The notes beneath the pieces were generated by a model, which saw only the letters and a list, made by a program, of their open reading frames with translations, was not told the origin of the DNA and did not search any database. A program made the position numbers and the translations under genes. Positions 17,867-28,412 of a DNA stretch of 64,000 nt are shown in pieces (the first letter of the stretch is position 1; every line of letters starts with the position of its first letter). Source of the DNA: a virus; the IMG/VR virus record IMGVR_UViG_3300042303_000421, positions 1-64,000 of that record; one strand, given 5' to 3'.

Positions 17867-19378
17867 ATGAATCTAGGTAAATTTACAATGATCAAAGGAC
17901 AAGCTTGGTCAGGTTTAACTTTGAAAAATCACATTGGAGCCATATTTGGTTCTAAGCCTCAAATGGCTACTAAAATCACAACTGTATTGTTACAAAATTC
18001 AGGAATGAAAAATTTAGATACAACTCTATCTTTATTCCCTGAAAAAATATTAGAATCAGCTGATGACTTTATGTGGAAAGTTGTAGGAAGTGAAGAAAGA
18101 AACATTCCTCTTGTTGAAGCTCGTTGGAATGGTGCTGTTGTTAATAGTGGAACAACTGGTGTTGGTGCTGCTCGTGCAACTTTTGAATTAGTATTCGGTG
18201 AAAAATGGTTTACTAAAATGCATTTAATTGCAGGACATAGACCAGATTTGTATCAAGTACGTATTATCAACGAACCTTTTGAAGAAGGTCAAAACTACGT
18301 TTATACTGTTGAAGTATTTGGTGGTCAAGAAACATTAAATGGTATTCCAGGTGATGAGTTCTTACCAGGAAACAGATTCTCTATTGAGGGTGCTCCTGTT
18401 GAAGATGAATTATCTACTCAAGGTGCTGGAATTCAATTTACATCTCCTTACTTATTGAGAAACTCTGTTACATCTATTCGTATGGAACATAAAGTTTCTG
18501 GTAAAATGATTGACTGTAAAGTTGAGCCAGTTTATTTTTCTGGTATTGAAACTAGAGATCCTAGTACAGGAAAAGTACACAAATCAGTAACTTGGATGCA
18601 AGAAGTTTACTGGCAGTTTGAAAAACAATTATCTCGTATTAAATCTAAAACAGTTATGTTTGGTAAAACCAACCGTGATGAAAATAGTAGATTTTTAAAT
18701 AAAGGTAATTCAAACATTGAAATTAAAGCAGGTTCAGGTATCCGTGAGCAAATGGAAGTATCTAATACAGTGACTTACAACTTGTTCTCTATTAGATTAC
18801 TTGAAGATATGCTTTATGAATTGTCAGAAGGTAAACTTGATTGGGGTGAAAGAAAATTCATGTTACGTACAGGTGAAAGAGGAGCTGCTCAGTTCCATAG
18901 AGCTGTAACACAAGAAGCTTCTGGATGGCAAGCACTTGGTTTTGATAACACTAATTCTAATGCTATCAAACAAACTACTTCTAAATTCCACAGTAATGCT
19001 TTTGTAGCAGGATTCCAATTCACTGAATGGAAAGCCCCTAACAACATTCATGTAATGTTAGAAGTTGACCCAATGTATGATGATAAAGTAAGAAATAAAG
19101 TTATGCACCCAGCTGGTGGTGTAGCTGAGTCTTATCGTTATGACATCCTTTACATTGGTGCAATGGAAGAGCCTAATATTCAAAAAGTAAAAGTACGTGG
19201 TTCTGATGAACTTCGTGGTTACAAAGCTGGTATTAGAGATCCATTTACAGGACGTAGAGGTGGTGTAATGCAACACATGGAAGATTCTGCAACAATCACT
19301 GCACTTTGTGAAGGTATTGGAGCATTAGTAATCGATCCAGGTCGTACTGCAACTTTAAAACCTGCAATCATAGATTAA
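17867..19378 (+). CDS. Major capsid protein
   Basis: 503 aa, W.GLT..NH start, G.G..EQ, TG..G..QF motifs of crAss-like MCPs; synteny. Confidence 0.88.
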   Translation: MNLGKFTMIKGQAWSGLTLKNHIGAIFGSKPQMATKITTVLLQNSGMKNLDTTLSLFPEKILESADDFMWKVVGSEERNIPLVEARWNGAVVNSGTTGVGAARATFELVFGEKWFTKMHLIAGHRPDLYQVRIINEPFEEGQNYVYTVEVFGGQETLNGIPGDEFLPGNRFSIEGAPVEDELSTQGAGIQFTSPYLLRNSVTSIRMEHKVSGKMIDCKVEPVYFSGIETRDPSTGKVHKSVTWMQEVYWQFEKQLSRIKSKTVMFGKTNRDENSRFLNKGNSNIEIKAGSGIREQMEVSNTVTYNLFSIRLLEDMLYELSEGKLDWGERKFMLRTGERGAAQFHRAVTQEASGWQALGFDNTNSNAIKQTTSKFHSNAFVAGFQFTEWKAPNNIHVMLEVDPMYDDKVRNKVMHPAGGVAESYRYDILYIGAMEEPNIQKVKVRGSDELRGYKAGIRDPFTGRRGGVMQHMEDSATITALCEGIGALVIDPGRTATLKPAIID

Positions 19379-19391
19379 GCATAAATAAATA

Positions 19392-19428
19392 GTGTCTCCC
19401 TGCACATTAGCTGCAGGGGTGCACTTTA
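19392..19428 (+). terminator. GC-rich hairpin after capsid gene (partial terminator or mRNA stabiliser)
   Basis: CCCTGCA/TGCAGGG stem, short T tail. Confidence 0.55.
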
Positions 19429-19451
19429 AAATAATATTAAATTCGGGAGAA

Positions 19452-20321
19452 ATGAAAAAAGAGAATACAGAAACAACTTTAGAACAATCAAGTTTTACTT
19501 TACCTAATGAAATCGTAATTGTAAAACACATTCCACGTAGACGTGGTATGGCAGCAAATGTAGATGACAACCATGTAATATCAGGAGGGATGTTAATGGG
19601 TTCAGTTAAGAAATTTTCAGCACCACTGCAACGAAATGGTGGTATTGCTAATATTTTATCTGAAGATGAAAAAGAATATTTAGAAAAAGTAACAGGTACT
19701 AATTTATCTGTTTATGGTGATTTTTGGAAAACCTTTATTGTATCATTATATAAAGAAAGTGAAAATAATAGATTTGATTTAAGTAATCCTTTCGATTACA
19801 TTTCTGTTAAATTACTTCAAAAATATAAAGATGATGTTGCACCTACATGGGAAGAAAGAGATCGAAAGAGTTCATATGAATTTGTTATTACTCGTTCTGA
19901 TGAAGAATTGAATGAGAAAAAACAAAAATATGATTCTAAAAAACAAGCTTTCAAACTTTATGGTAAAATTGAAGATGATAAAGAAAAACTTTTAGGAGTT
20001 CTTAAATTACTTTCTAATCAACCTATTTCTAAAGAATCTTCTTTAAAATGGTTACAAGCTAAAGTTGAAGAATATATTGACACAATGCCTTCATTATTTG
20101 TAAGTGTTATAAATGATGCTTCTTATGAAACTAAAATATTAATTAATAACGCAGTTGATAAAGGTATCATTAAGATTTCAGGAAATAAATATTCTACTGC
20201 AGATGGTTTAGAGTTATCTTCAGCAGGTCAAATTGCAACATTTGATAATGCTGTTAGATATTTAGATGCTCCAAAAAATCAAGAAGTACGAGCAATTATT
20301 GAAGCTAAATTAGATAAATAA
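19452..20321 (+). CDS. Conserved crAss-like protein downstream of MCP
   Basis: Start at ATG 19452 after GGGAGA; synteny. Confidence 0.75.
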   Translation: MKKENTETTLEQSSFTLPNEIVIVKHIPRRRGMAANVDDNHVISGGMLMGSVKKFSAPLQRNGGIANILSEDEKEYLEKVTGTNLSVYGDFWKTFIVSLYKESENNRFDLSNPFDYISVKLLQKYKDDVAPTWEERDRKSSYEFVITRSDEELNEKKQKYDSKKQAFKLYGKIEDDKEKLLGVLKLLSNQPISKESSLKWLQAKVEEYIDTMPSLFVSVINDASYETKILINNAVDKGIIKISGNKYSTADGLELSSAGQIATFDNAVRYLDAPKNQEVRAIIEAKLDK

Positions 20322-20323
20322 TT

Positions 20324-21070
20324 ATGACAGTTCAAGAATTTTCAAATCATTTTGACATTTTATATAATGCTATTGCTACACAATCTGCTCCAGGAATTGA
20401 CAGTTATGAAAAATCTGTTTATTTAACTAAAGCACAGTTAGAAATAATTAAAAATTATTATGACCCTGCTAGTAATAGAAAACAAAAAGGTTTTGAAGGA
20501 TCTGAAAAAAGAAGAGCTGATTTAAAAGAATTAATTAAATCTTATTCTACAACAACAGTTATAAATAATAGTACTAAAATACATTCTAGTGCTAAATTTT
20601 ATCCTGTACCTGAAGATACTTTTTTAATTGTCAATGAACAAGTTAAAATTACTTCTTCAGATTGTTTTAATGGAACTACAATAAATACTAAACCTGTCAC
20701 ATATGATGAGTTTAATATTCAAATTAAAAATCCTTTTAAAACACCAGATAGTACTGTTGCATGGAGATTAGATATTTCTAGATTAAATAATGTTAAAGTT
20801 GTCGAAATTGTTTCACCTTATAATGTGTTAGGTTCTTTAGAATATAAAATAAGATATTTAAAATACCCTAAACCTATTATCTTGGAAAATTTAAATACAG
20901 CTTTTCCAGGTGAAGGATTAACTATTGATGGTAAATTTTTACCACAAACATGTGAATTAGATTCACATATACATGATGAAATTTTAGACAGAGCTGTAGA
21001 GTTGTGTTTAAGAGATTATAAACCACAAAATTTAGAATCTAAAATTCAATTAGGTTCTAGAAATGAATAA
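20324..21070 (+). CDS. Putative head-tail ring/adaptor protein
   Basis: EF...FD.LY, E.S..L..AQ, Y.K.P, CEL...H.EI...AV pattern. Confidence 0.65.
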   Translation: MTVQEFSNHFDILYNAIATQSAPGIDSYEKSVYLTKAQLEIIKNYYDPASNRKQKGFEGSEKRRADLKELIKSYSTTTVINNSTKIHSSAKFYPVPEDTFLIVNEQVKITSSDCFNGTTINTKPVTYDEFNIQIKNPFKTPDSTVAWRLDISRLNNVKVVEIVSPYNVLGSLEYKIRYLKYPKPIILENLNTAFPGEGLTIDGKFLPQTCELDSHIHDEILDRAVELCLRDYKPQNLESKIQLGSRNE

Positions 21071-21107
21071 ATAAAAATTATTGTTTAAAAATTAAAATTA
21101 AAAAATT

Positions 21108-22121
21108 ATGTTTGGACCAAGACAAGTTGGTGAATTAATTGTTGGTAATACTTCTGCAGCTCAGACAACAGTGCCTACATTTATTGCTTCTGCAGCAGAT
21201 AAGGCAATAAAAGTTTTATCAAAAGACGGTACAGTTGTACTAGCTAATAAACCTTTCTTCTTAATGCAAAAAACTGCAGGTGATGCATCTAAAGGACTTA
21301 ATTACGAGTTCTCTGATGTAATCGATCCTCGAAAAGTAGAAAGAGTAACTTTAGCAACTTATGCTGCTGAAGTACAAAAAGCTGTAAAAATTGATGGATT
21401 TGCTGTAGCTGGTACAGTTGCTGCTCAAAGAACTTATGAAGTTGAAATTAGACTTGAAAGTGATTTGTCTCCTGAAAATTTTGAAGTAATTCCAGGTTAC
21501 TATGTAACTGGTGAAGTATTAGGTTCTGATACTGCAACAACTGTTCGTGATGGTGTATTACTATCTTTGAATAAAAATCTTGCACGTAGAGGAAATGGAG
21601 AATTTACTGCTGTAGCTGATGGTACAGGTATTTTAGTTACTTCTAAATATCAAGATAATATTCCTGGAAAAATTCCTGGAAAAATTAAAAGATTTGAAGT
21701 AGTTGGAAAAGTATTTAATAACGTTGCAAACGGTTACAATTCTAATTTAAATTTATTGACTTCTACTACTACTGTACCTGGTACACAAGGTAATGGAACA
21801 GGTAAATTTGCTACAAACTTTGAATGGTTTGTTAAAGGATATAAATATGATTCTAACAGAGGAACTGGTTATCCAGCAGATTTTATGGATCGTATTCCTT
21901 TTTACACTAGTAAAGCAGGTATTTATAATACAATTCAAATTGTATATTTTAGTACTGTAGATGAAACTTCTGTAGAAAGACAATATAAAGTATTAACTAT
22001 TTTGGTTGACAAAGTAACTAATACTTTAGCAAATAATGCAGCTACTAACTCAGTTCTTACTGATATTAGAACAGCTGTAAGTACAAATGCTACAGTTCCT
22101 GCGAACTTACCAGTAGTATAA
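21108..22121 (+). CDS. Putative auxiliary capsid/structural protein
   Basis: 337 aa, Thr/Ala/Val rich, followed by terminator; synteny. Confidence 0.6.
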   Translation: MFGPRQVGELIVGNTSAAQTTVPTFIASAADKAIKVLSKDGTVVLANKPFFLMQKTAGDASKGLNYEFSDVIDPRKVERVTLATYAAEVQKAVKIDGFAVAGTVAAQRTYEVEIRLESDLSPENFEVIPGYYVTGEVLGSDTATTVRDGVLLSLNKNLARRGNGEFTAVADGTGILVTSKYQDNIPGKIPGKIKRFEVVGKVFNNVANGYNSNLNLLTSTTTVPGTQGNGTGKFATNFEWFVKGYKYDSNRGTGYPADFMDRIPFYTSKAGIYNTIQIVYFSTVDETSVERQYKVLTILVDKVTNTLANNAATNSVLTDIRTAVSTNATVPANLPVV

Positions 22122-22146
22122 TTTTACATAACTTAATTAAAAATCT

Positions 22147-22181
22147 AAGGGAGTTGAGTGCAAACTCTTCTCCCTTTTTTT
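22147..22181 (+). terminator. Intrinsic terminator
   Basis: AAGGGAG...CTCCCTT stem plus T-run. Confidence 0.8.
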
Positions 22182-22187
22182 ATACAT

Positions 22188-22781
22188 ATGATACAAATAA
22201 ATAACTTATCAATAAGTAACGATAAAACAAAACTTTATGTAGATGTTGAAACTAACGAAGGAGAAACTATTACATCTGCAACATTATGGAATCATAATAC
22301 ATTTAAAAATTATTCTTTAGGTATTAGTTTAAATAATAAATTAGAACAAGTAAATAATAAAGAAATATTTACTTTAAATGCTTCAGAAATAAATATTTAT
22401 TCTTTTGACGGTATTTACTTTGTAGAATTTACAACATCATATGTAGATGAAGAATGTTCACAATGTCAAAATTCTATAATTGGAATTGCTGCAAATTTTA
22501 ATGATATTAATGAATATATTTTAAATTTAATTTTAGAATTAAATATATGTATTCAATGTAATAAAAATTTAGATGGAATTATTCAATTAAATTTAACATT
22601 AGATGGAATTTGTACAGCATTAAAATTAGGATATTATGAAGAAGCAATATATTTATATAGAAAAATTCTAAAATTATTAGGAAGTAATTTAAAATGTACA
22701 AACTGTTCTAAATTAATAAATCCTACTTTAATTAATGGATTAAATTTTGGAACATTAGATAATACATTAATTTTAATATAA
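22188..22781 (+). CDS. Putative tail structural protein, Cys-rich
   Basis: Start at ATG 22188 after terminator; three CxxC motifs. Confidence 0.6.
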   Translation: MIQINNLSISNDKTKLYVDVETNEGETITSATLWNHNTFKNYSLGISLNNKLEQVNNKEIFTLNASEINIYSFDGIYFVEFTTSYVDEECSQCQNSIIGIAANFNDINEYILNLILELNICIQCNKNLDGIIQLNLTLDGICTALKLGYYEEAIYLYRKILKLLGSNLKCTNCSKLINPTLINGLNFGTLDNTLILI

Positions 22782-23479
22782 TGAATATAATAACAGCATC
22801 TCAAACCTTAATTGGTAGTTTACATAAAAGTTTTGATTTAGCTTCTTTAAATGGAAATTTAAAATTAAAAAATCTTTATCTTTTAAATTTAATTAATAAA
22901 TATATATATGGTTGTGGTTCAGCAATAACTTTCAATCAAAAACAATATTTATTAAATTTAGCTATTGCTATTGAAAATTTAGATAAAAATATATGTAAAT
23001 ATAGAGAACAAAGAAGTATTTATACAAATATTGTAGGATGTAAAAATTGTAAAAATGTTAATCAAAGTGATTATATTGTCATAAACGATGCACCTACTAT
23101 TGGTCCAGATACAGACATACCTGTAAATGTATTAAAACCTATTGTATGTGATATACAATTTCATTATCCTGAAGGATTAAGTGGTTTACTTTTAAATATA
23201 GAAACATTTACAAAATGTTTTGATTATGAAGATAATGTTGATTCATATAGTACTTTAAAAATTACAGAATTACCTATTAAAGGTGTTTTATATAATTCAG
23301 AAAGTAATATTAATGTGAATGATACAATAAGTTTGACAGATTTACCTTTTATTTTAAAATATTTATATACTGAGGATGTATATCCTACAGAAGATAATTT
23401 TAAATTTCAAATAAGTACAAACGAAACAGATCCTGAAGTATTTTCAAATGATTATATAGGAACAATTAAAATGATATGA
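22781..23479 (+). CDS. Putative tail protein with cadherin/Ig-like C-terminal domain
   Basis: ND.P, LKITELP.KG.L, D.F.F pattern. Confidence 0.55.
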   Translation: MNIITASQTLIGSLHKSFDLASLNGNLKLKNLYLLNLINKYIYGCGSAITFNQKQYLLNLAIAIENLDKNICKYREQRSIYTNIVGCKNCKNVNQSDYIVINDAPTIGPDTDIPVNVLKPIVCDIQFHYPEGLSGLLLNIETFTKCFDYEDNVDSYSTLKITELPIKGVLYNSESNINVNDTISLTDLPFILKYLYTEDVYPTEDNFKFQISTNETDPEVFSNDYIGTIKMI

Positions 23480-24132
23480 CACACGAATTAAATAAACCAG
23501 GTGATTTTTATATATTTACATCTACAGATTTTATTTCTTCTTATACAGATAAAAACAATGATTTACCTAAAAGTATAATTTTAATGTCTTTACCTTTATT
23601 TGGAGCTTTATATTTTAAAAATAAACATATAACCAATATAAAAACAATAATAGATTTATTAGCAATAAATGAATTGAAATATGTTAGACTTTCAGTAGAT
23701 GCTTATTCTGACACTTTTAATTTTAAAGTTAATGATATAAATCAAAATACAAAATTTAGTAATATGGCAACATTCACAATTAATGTAAATGCTTATGATA
23801 ATCAACCACCTGTAATTGGAGATAATGAAATTACAATTACTTTTGGTTCAACAAAAGTATTTAGTGTAAATGATTTTACAACAAATACTACTCCTGCTTA
23901 TTCTGATGAAGAAGCAGACGGACCTTATAAATTAAAAATATTAAGTTTACCTGCTACAGGTGAATTAAGATATAATAATATACCAGTAACTATTAACCAA
24001 GAAATTTTATTTACTAATATTGCTTTAGGATTATTAACATATATACCAGATATTGTAGATTTAGATGGATATAATGATGATACATTTGATTTTGCAATAT
24101 CAGATTTAGGATCTCAAGAATATAGTACATAA
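23476..24132 (+). CDS. Tandem cadherin/Ig-like domain protein
   Basis: Two F...DF...Y.D...D....I..LP..G.L...D.F.F repeats. Confidence 0.6.
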   Translation: MTHELNKPGDFYIFTSTDFISSYTDKNNDLPKSIILMSLPLFGALYFKNKHITNIKTIIDLLAINELKYVRLSVDAYSDTFNFKVNDINQNTKFSNMATFTINVNAYDNQPPVIGDNEITITFGSTKVFSVNDFTTNTTPAYSDEEADGPYKLKILSLPATGELRYNNIPVTINQEILFTNIALGLLTYIPDIVDLDGYNDDTFDFAISDLGSQEYST

Positions 24133-24133
24133 T

Positions 24134-24511
24134 ATGGCACAGTTTACAATAAATCATAATGGATTACCTCCATTATTTGCAATGGACATAACATATTTTA
24201 TAGATCCTTTTAATAGAGGTTTAGATCAAAACACTCAAGATATGATTTTTGACGATATATTACCACAATGTGACTTAGGAGCTCAACCTACAACTATAAG
24301 CTTTTTAGATCCTTTATATACTCCTTGTGGAACATTTGAGATAATGACAGAAGATCCTGCTAATACAAGAATAGCATTAAGAGCTCCTTGGCTAGACCTA
24401 GACGACTTAACTCTTCCTGAAAGAACAAGTACTTTAGATTATAAGATAATGGATTCTTTTGGAAGAGAAAGTGCTACAGGAAGAATAACAGTAACATTTA
24501 CAACAATATAA
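24134..24511 (+). CDS. Putative Ig-like tail protein
   Basis: C-terminal Y.I.D..G.ESA...ITV pattern. Confidence 0.5.
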   Translation: MAQFTINHNGLPPLFAMDITYFIDPFNRGLDQNTQDMIFDDILPQCDLGAQPTTISFLDPLYTPCGTFEIMTEDPANTRIALRAPWLDLDDLTLPERTSTLDYKIMDSFGRESATGRITVTFTTI

Positions 24512-24512
24512 T

Positions 24513-24917
24513 ATGATACAATGTAACGAAATAAATCAAAATATTAATTATTTACTTTCAGCTTTTGAAGCATGTAAGGTACCTAAAGCAGAAGATATGC
24601 AACTACTTGTAGAATTAATAGCTGCTGTAAATACTTGTTCAAACGGAGGACCTAATTATGATACTTTAGTTACTGAAGTTTATCAACCAATAATTGATGA
24701 AGTAGTTACTTATCCTATAAATACATATCATTCAATAAGTGTTATGATTTTAGAAGGAAATTTAACAAGAACTATAGGAACTGAAACAATTACTTTTCCA
24801 ACAGGAACAGTATTAGATCATGAAGTAACAACATTAAATCAATATGAATATAGTTTTACTGTTAAAGCAGGAGCTAACGTAGTAGTAGAATATTTAATTG
24901 AAACAATAATACCTTAA
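24513..24917 (+). CDS. Hypothetical tail-region protein
   Basis: 134-aa ORF in tail operon. Confidence 0.6.
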   Translation: MIQCNEINQNINYLLSAFEACKVPKAEDMQLLVELIAAVNTCSNGGPNYDTLVTEVYQPIIDEVVTYPINTYHSISVMILEGNLTRTIGTETITFPTGTVLDHEVTTLNQYEYSFTVKAGANVVVEYLIETIIP

Positions 24918-24918
24918 A

Positions 24919-27366
24919 ATGGCAGATATAAATAATAGTTTAGGACAATCACAAAATAATTTTAATTTAAAAGTTAATGAAATAGGAGAATCTTTAATTG
25001 AAAATATATATAATATTGAATTTGATGGTGCAACGGTTACTGATGAAGGAGATAATAAAGTTAAAGTAACTATTGAATCATCTAGTGATAATAATAGTCC
25101 TTTTGTTCAAGAAACAAATGGTGCAATTCATAGAGCAGATGTAATTGATACAAACGGGGGATTAAATTCAACTAATTTAACTGACTCCGCTTCAAGAGCG
25201 GTTGGTGGATATTCTCATGCAGATAGTAATGGATTAGTCGGGCTTGAAGGAGCTTATAGTCATGCTGATAGTAACGGAACAGTTAATTATTCATATTCTC
25301 ATGCAGATAGTGACGGAACTGCTAATTCTCAGTATTCTCACGCAAACAGTAAAGGCTGGGCAAACGGATACAATTCTCATGCAACTACTAAAGGAAGAGC
25401 TGATGGATATGTGTCTAATGCAAATGGAGATGGTTCAAGATCAAATAGTTATTCTGAAACAGCTGTTGGAATGTATAATGAAGAAATTATAGCAAATGAT
25501 TCAACAGCATGGAATGCGGAAGATTTAGCTTTTAATATTGGTATTGGTGAAAATGATTCAAATCGTTTAACTTCTTTTTTTGCTTTTAAAAATGGTGGTT
25601 TTAAATTTATTGCACGCTCTTTAACTAATATTTTAAATGCTGCAAAAGGATTTTTTGCTTATGACGAAAATGGTAGACCAAACGCACACGATGGTACACA
25701 ATGGAATCCACTAGCTTATTTAAGTGACATTGCTGGTGGTGGCGGTACTCCACCACTTCAAGAGGTTTTGGACGAAGGAAAAACAGCAACGTTTATAGAC
25801 GAACAAGGCACTCAAATTAATATTGATTTAGGTCAATATGATGAAGATAATTCTGAAACTCGAATTCAATTTATACAACAAAGAATTTTTGAAGATATTC
25901 AAGAATATGCCGCTTTAGGAATGCACCTTAGTGGTGCACATTTAAATTCTTATTTTTATGATTTATTGAATGATATAGGATTGTCAGCGGCGATAGTTGC
26001 AGCAAATGGCGAATTATTTATTACAAAACAAAATTACTCACCATTATTTACTGCAAGTCAAAGCTTTCAAATAGAAAACGATTTAACACCATCGTCGAAT
26101 TATGAAGTTGTCTACAAACCAAACCCTAAAAATGTAACAGGCACTTATTATTTAGCGACAACAGAGGATATTCCAACGCTTCAAGAGGTATTGGATAACA
26201 ATCACGATTTAGTTGATGGCAATAACTTTCAGGGCACGGGTGCGGGGGATGGAAATACAGGAACGGAAGTAAATGCTTTTGGAACAGATGCTGGTACAGA
26301 CAACACAGGGAACAATCAAAACGCTTTTGGTAATAGTGCAGGTTATGAAAATCAGGGAGAAAATCAAAATGCTTTAGGAGAAAGTGCAGGTCAAGAAAAC
26401 ACAGGGGCAAATCAAAACGCTTTTGGAGGTTCTGCAGGTTATCAAAACATAGGAGATTACCAAAACGCTTTTGGTGTAGGTGCAGGCTTTTTAAACACAG
26501 GGGCAAATCAAAATGCTTTAGGTAGTAGTGCTGGGGCATACAATACAGGGAACAATCAAAATGCTTTTGGTAGTAGTGCTGGTGTAGACAACACAGCAAC
26601 AAATCAAAACGCTTTTGGGTCTAAGGCAGGTCAAGTTAATAGTGGGGCAAATCAAAATGCTTTAGGGGAAAATGCAGGTAAAAATAATAGCGGGATAAGT
26701 CAAAATGCTTTTGGCAATACTGCTGGGCAAGACAATACGGGTGATAATGTAAATGCTTTTGGGGAAAATGCAGGCGATGGAAACACTTTTAGTAACGTTA
26801 ATCTATTTGGAGAAGGAGCACAAGCGGACGAAGATGGTCAAACGGTACTTTCAAAAGATGGTGCTATTATGGCTCGTATATCAACTGCTGATTTAACTGA
26901 AACAAGGAAATATACTTTGCCTGATGCTGATGGTACATTAGCTCTTTTAGATGATATTCCTCCTGCAATAACAATCGATGCAAATCCTACCGATGGCAGT
27001 AGCAATGCGGTTAGTAGTAACGGTGTGTTTGATGCTTTGGCTACAAAGGTTTCAAAATCAGACTACACTCCATCGCATTCTATTTTAGTTCAACAAAGTG
27101 GAACTGGAAATCCTACAGCATTACAAGTTGGAAATAATACTTTAGTAGGTAGAGTAAGCGGAGGCGGTTCAGATATTGATGACCTTTCAACATCGCAAGT
27201 GCGTACTATGTTAAGTATAAACAACGTAGATAACACAAGCGATGCTAATAAGCCAGTTAGTACCGCTACTCAAACAGCTTTGGATTTAAAACAGAAAACA
27301 ATAACGAGCGGAACGTCCGCACCATCAGGCGGAGTAGATGGAGATATTTATTTACAATATACATAA
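24919..27366 (+). CDS. Tail fibre/spike with beta-solenoid repeats
   Basis: YadA-head-like 13-aa repeats, 16-aa QNAFG repeats, NVDNTSDANKPVS and SGG.DGDIY fibre motifs. Confidence 0.85.
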   Translation: MADINNSLGQSQNNFNLKVNEIGESLIENIYNIEFDGATVTDEGDNKVKVTIESSSDNNSPFVQETNGAIHRADVIDTNGGLNSTNLTDSASRAVGGYSHADSNGLVGLEGAYSHADSNGTVNYSYSHADSDGTANSQYSHANSKGWANGYNSHATTKGRADGYVSNANGDGSRSNSYSETAVGMYNEEIIANDSTAWNAEDLAFNIGIGENDSNRLTSFFAFKNGGFKFIARSLTNILNAAKGFFAYDENGRPNAHDGTQWNPLAYLSDIAGGGGTPPLQEVLDEGKTATFIDEQGTQINIDLGQYDEDNSETRIQFIQQRIFEDIQEYAALGMHLSGAHLNSYFYDLLNDIGLSAAIVAANGELFITKQNYSPLFTASQSFQIENDLTPSSNYEVVYKPNPKNVTGTYYLATTEDIPTLQEVLDNNHDLVDGNNFQGTGAGDGNTGTEVNAFGTDAGTDNTGNNQNAFGNSAGYENQGENQNALGESAGQENTGANQNAFGGSAGYQNIGDYQNAFGVGAGFLNTGANQNALGSSAGAYNTGNNQNAFGSSAGVDNTATNQNAFGSKAGQVNSGANQNALGENAGKNNSGISQNAFGNTAGQDNTGDNVNAFGENAGDGNTFSNVNLFGEGAQADEDGQTVLSKDGAIMARISTADLTETRKYTLPDADGTLALLDDIPPAITIDANPTDGSSNAVSSNGVFDALATKVSKSDYTPSHSILVQQSGTGNPTALQVGNNTLVGRVSGGGSDIDDLSTSQVRTMLSINNVDNTSDANKPVSTATQTALDLKQKTITSGTSAPSGGVDGDIYLQYT
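25200..25470 (+). repeat. 39-bp (13-aa) degenerate tandem repeat, about 6 copies
   Basis: YSHADSxGxxN units. Confidence 0.75.
26221..26820 (+). repeat. 48-bp (16-aa) tandem repeat, about 12 copies
   Basis: CAAAA(C/T)GCTTT recurs at 26317, 26365 and onward; QNA(F/L)GxxAGxxNxGxN. Confidence 0.9.
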
Positions 27367-27369
27367 AAA

Positions 27370-27576
27370 ATGAAAGTAATAAAAAAAACAGAATCAATAC
27401 TCTACATCTCTGATAGTGGAGATTGGGGGTTGCAAGTAAGCAACGAAAACTTTGAGATACTGCCACAAGCAGGTGGTTTGGTATATCAATCGGGTGTTAA
27501 TATTGATAATTTATCACAACTAATTGTTGAAGCGAAAGCTCACGCAATTGAAAACGGAATAACATGGCAGCAATAA
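27370..27576 (+). CDS. Hypothetical small protein
   Basis: 68-aa ORF directly after fibre gene. Confidence 0.6.
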   Translation: MKVIKKTESILYISDSGDWGLQVSNENFEILPQAGGLVYQSGVNIDNLSQLIVEAKAHAIENGITWQQ

Positions 27577-28412
27577 CAGACTTATCGGATTTAATCAACC
27601 GTCAATCAGGTGGCAATAGTGGTACTCCTGAAAATATCTTTTTTCATAAAGTGCCTCGTGTTCAAGGTGTGGCAGCAACCGCACCAGTGTCAGGTAGAGG
27701 TTGTTCGCTGTGGGAGTATGACGGAATGCCTGCCAAAGGAGATGTTCCTACGGCGGGAGCAATACCTACTAAATCAACTCAAGGGGCAATACCTTTTACT
27801 GCTCCCGGTGGTGGTAGAGATAAACACTTAATTGGGGCAAGTATTACACCAATAACCCCAGGCGTGTATTTACTTTATGATAGGTTATTTCACGAGGGTG
27901 GATTATCAGGAACATCAACCGCAGCACAAACAATACAAGGGTCAACTCCAACTCCTGCTTTAACCCGTAATACGGGCGGTGCAGGAAACATAGCGTTTTA
28001 TGAGATTTATACAATAATAGGAACAACATCTACAACCCTTACAATGACCTACACAAATCAAGCAGGGACGGGTTCAAGAACATCAACAATCAATATAGGC
28101 GCAACGGGTTTTAGAGAGGCTACCCGTATGCAACGCATACCTTTAGCAGCAGGTGATTCAGGTATTCGAGCTATTGAGCAAATACAATTAACGGCTACTA
28201 CGGGTACGGCAGGCAACTTTGGTATAACCATTGCACAACCTTTGGCATGGATTCCAGTTGGTGCAGGTGGTACAATGGGGTGGAGAGATTACACAACAGG
28301 ACTTCCCGGCATACCCGTTATTGACCCTAATGCTTGTTTAGCACTAATGTTTATCCCTGGTTCAGGAACTGCACCTGAATTATTCGGTTCAATAGCAACA
28401 ATAGAAAAATAA
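27564..28412 (+). CDS. Putative virion/tail-tip protein (paralog of 28412-29215)
   Basis: Gly/Thr rich; shares L.D.L...GGL.GT, Y..IGTT.TT.T..YTN.AG..GR, IPL...D.G.R.IE...L..TTG.AGNFG, P.ACL with next gene. Confidence 0.7.
   Translation: MAAITDLSDLINRQSGGNSGTPENIFFHKVPRVQGVAATAPVSGRGCSLWEYDGMPAKGDVPTAGAIPTKSTQGAIPFTAPGGGRDKHLIGASITPITPGVYLLYDRLFHEGGLSGTSTAAQTIQGSTPTPALTRNTGGAGNIAFYEIYTIIGTTSTTLTMTYTNQAGTGSRTSTINIGATGFREATRMQRIPLAAGDSGIRAIEQIQLTATTGTAGNFGITIAQPLAWIPVGAGGTMGWRDYTTGLPGIPVIDPNACLALMFIPGSGTAPELFGSIATIEK

Noticed and set aside
26221-26820. CRISPR array or DGR target
   Set aside because: Repeats are in-frame, degenerate at synonymous sites and lack spacers; no reverse transcriptase or template repeat seen in the window
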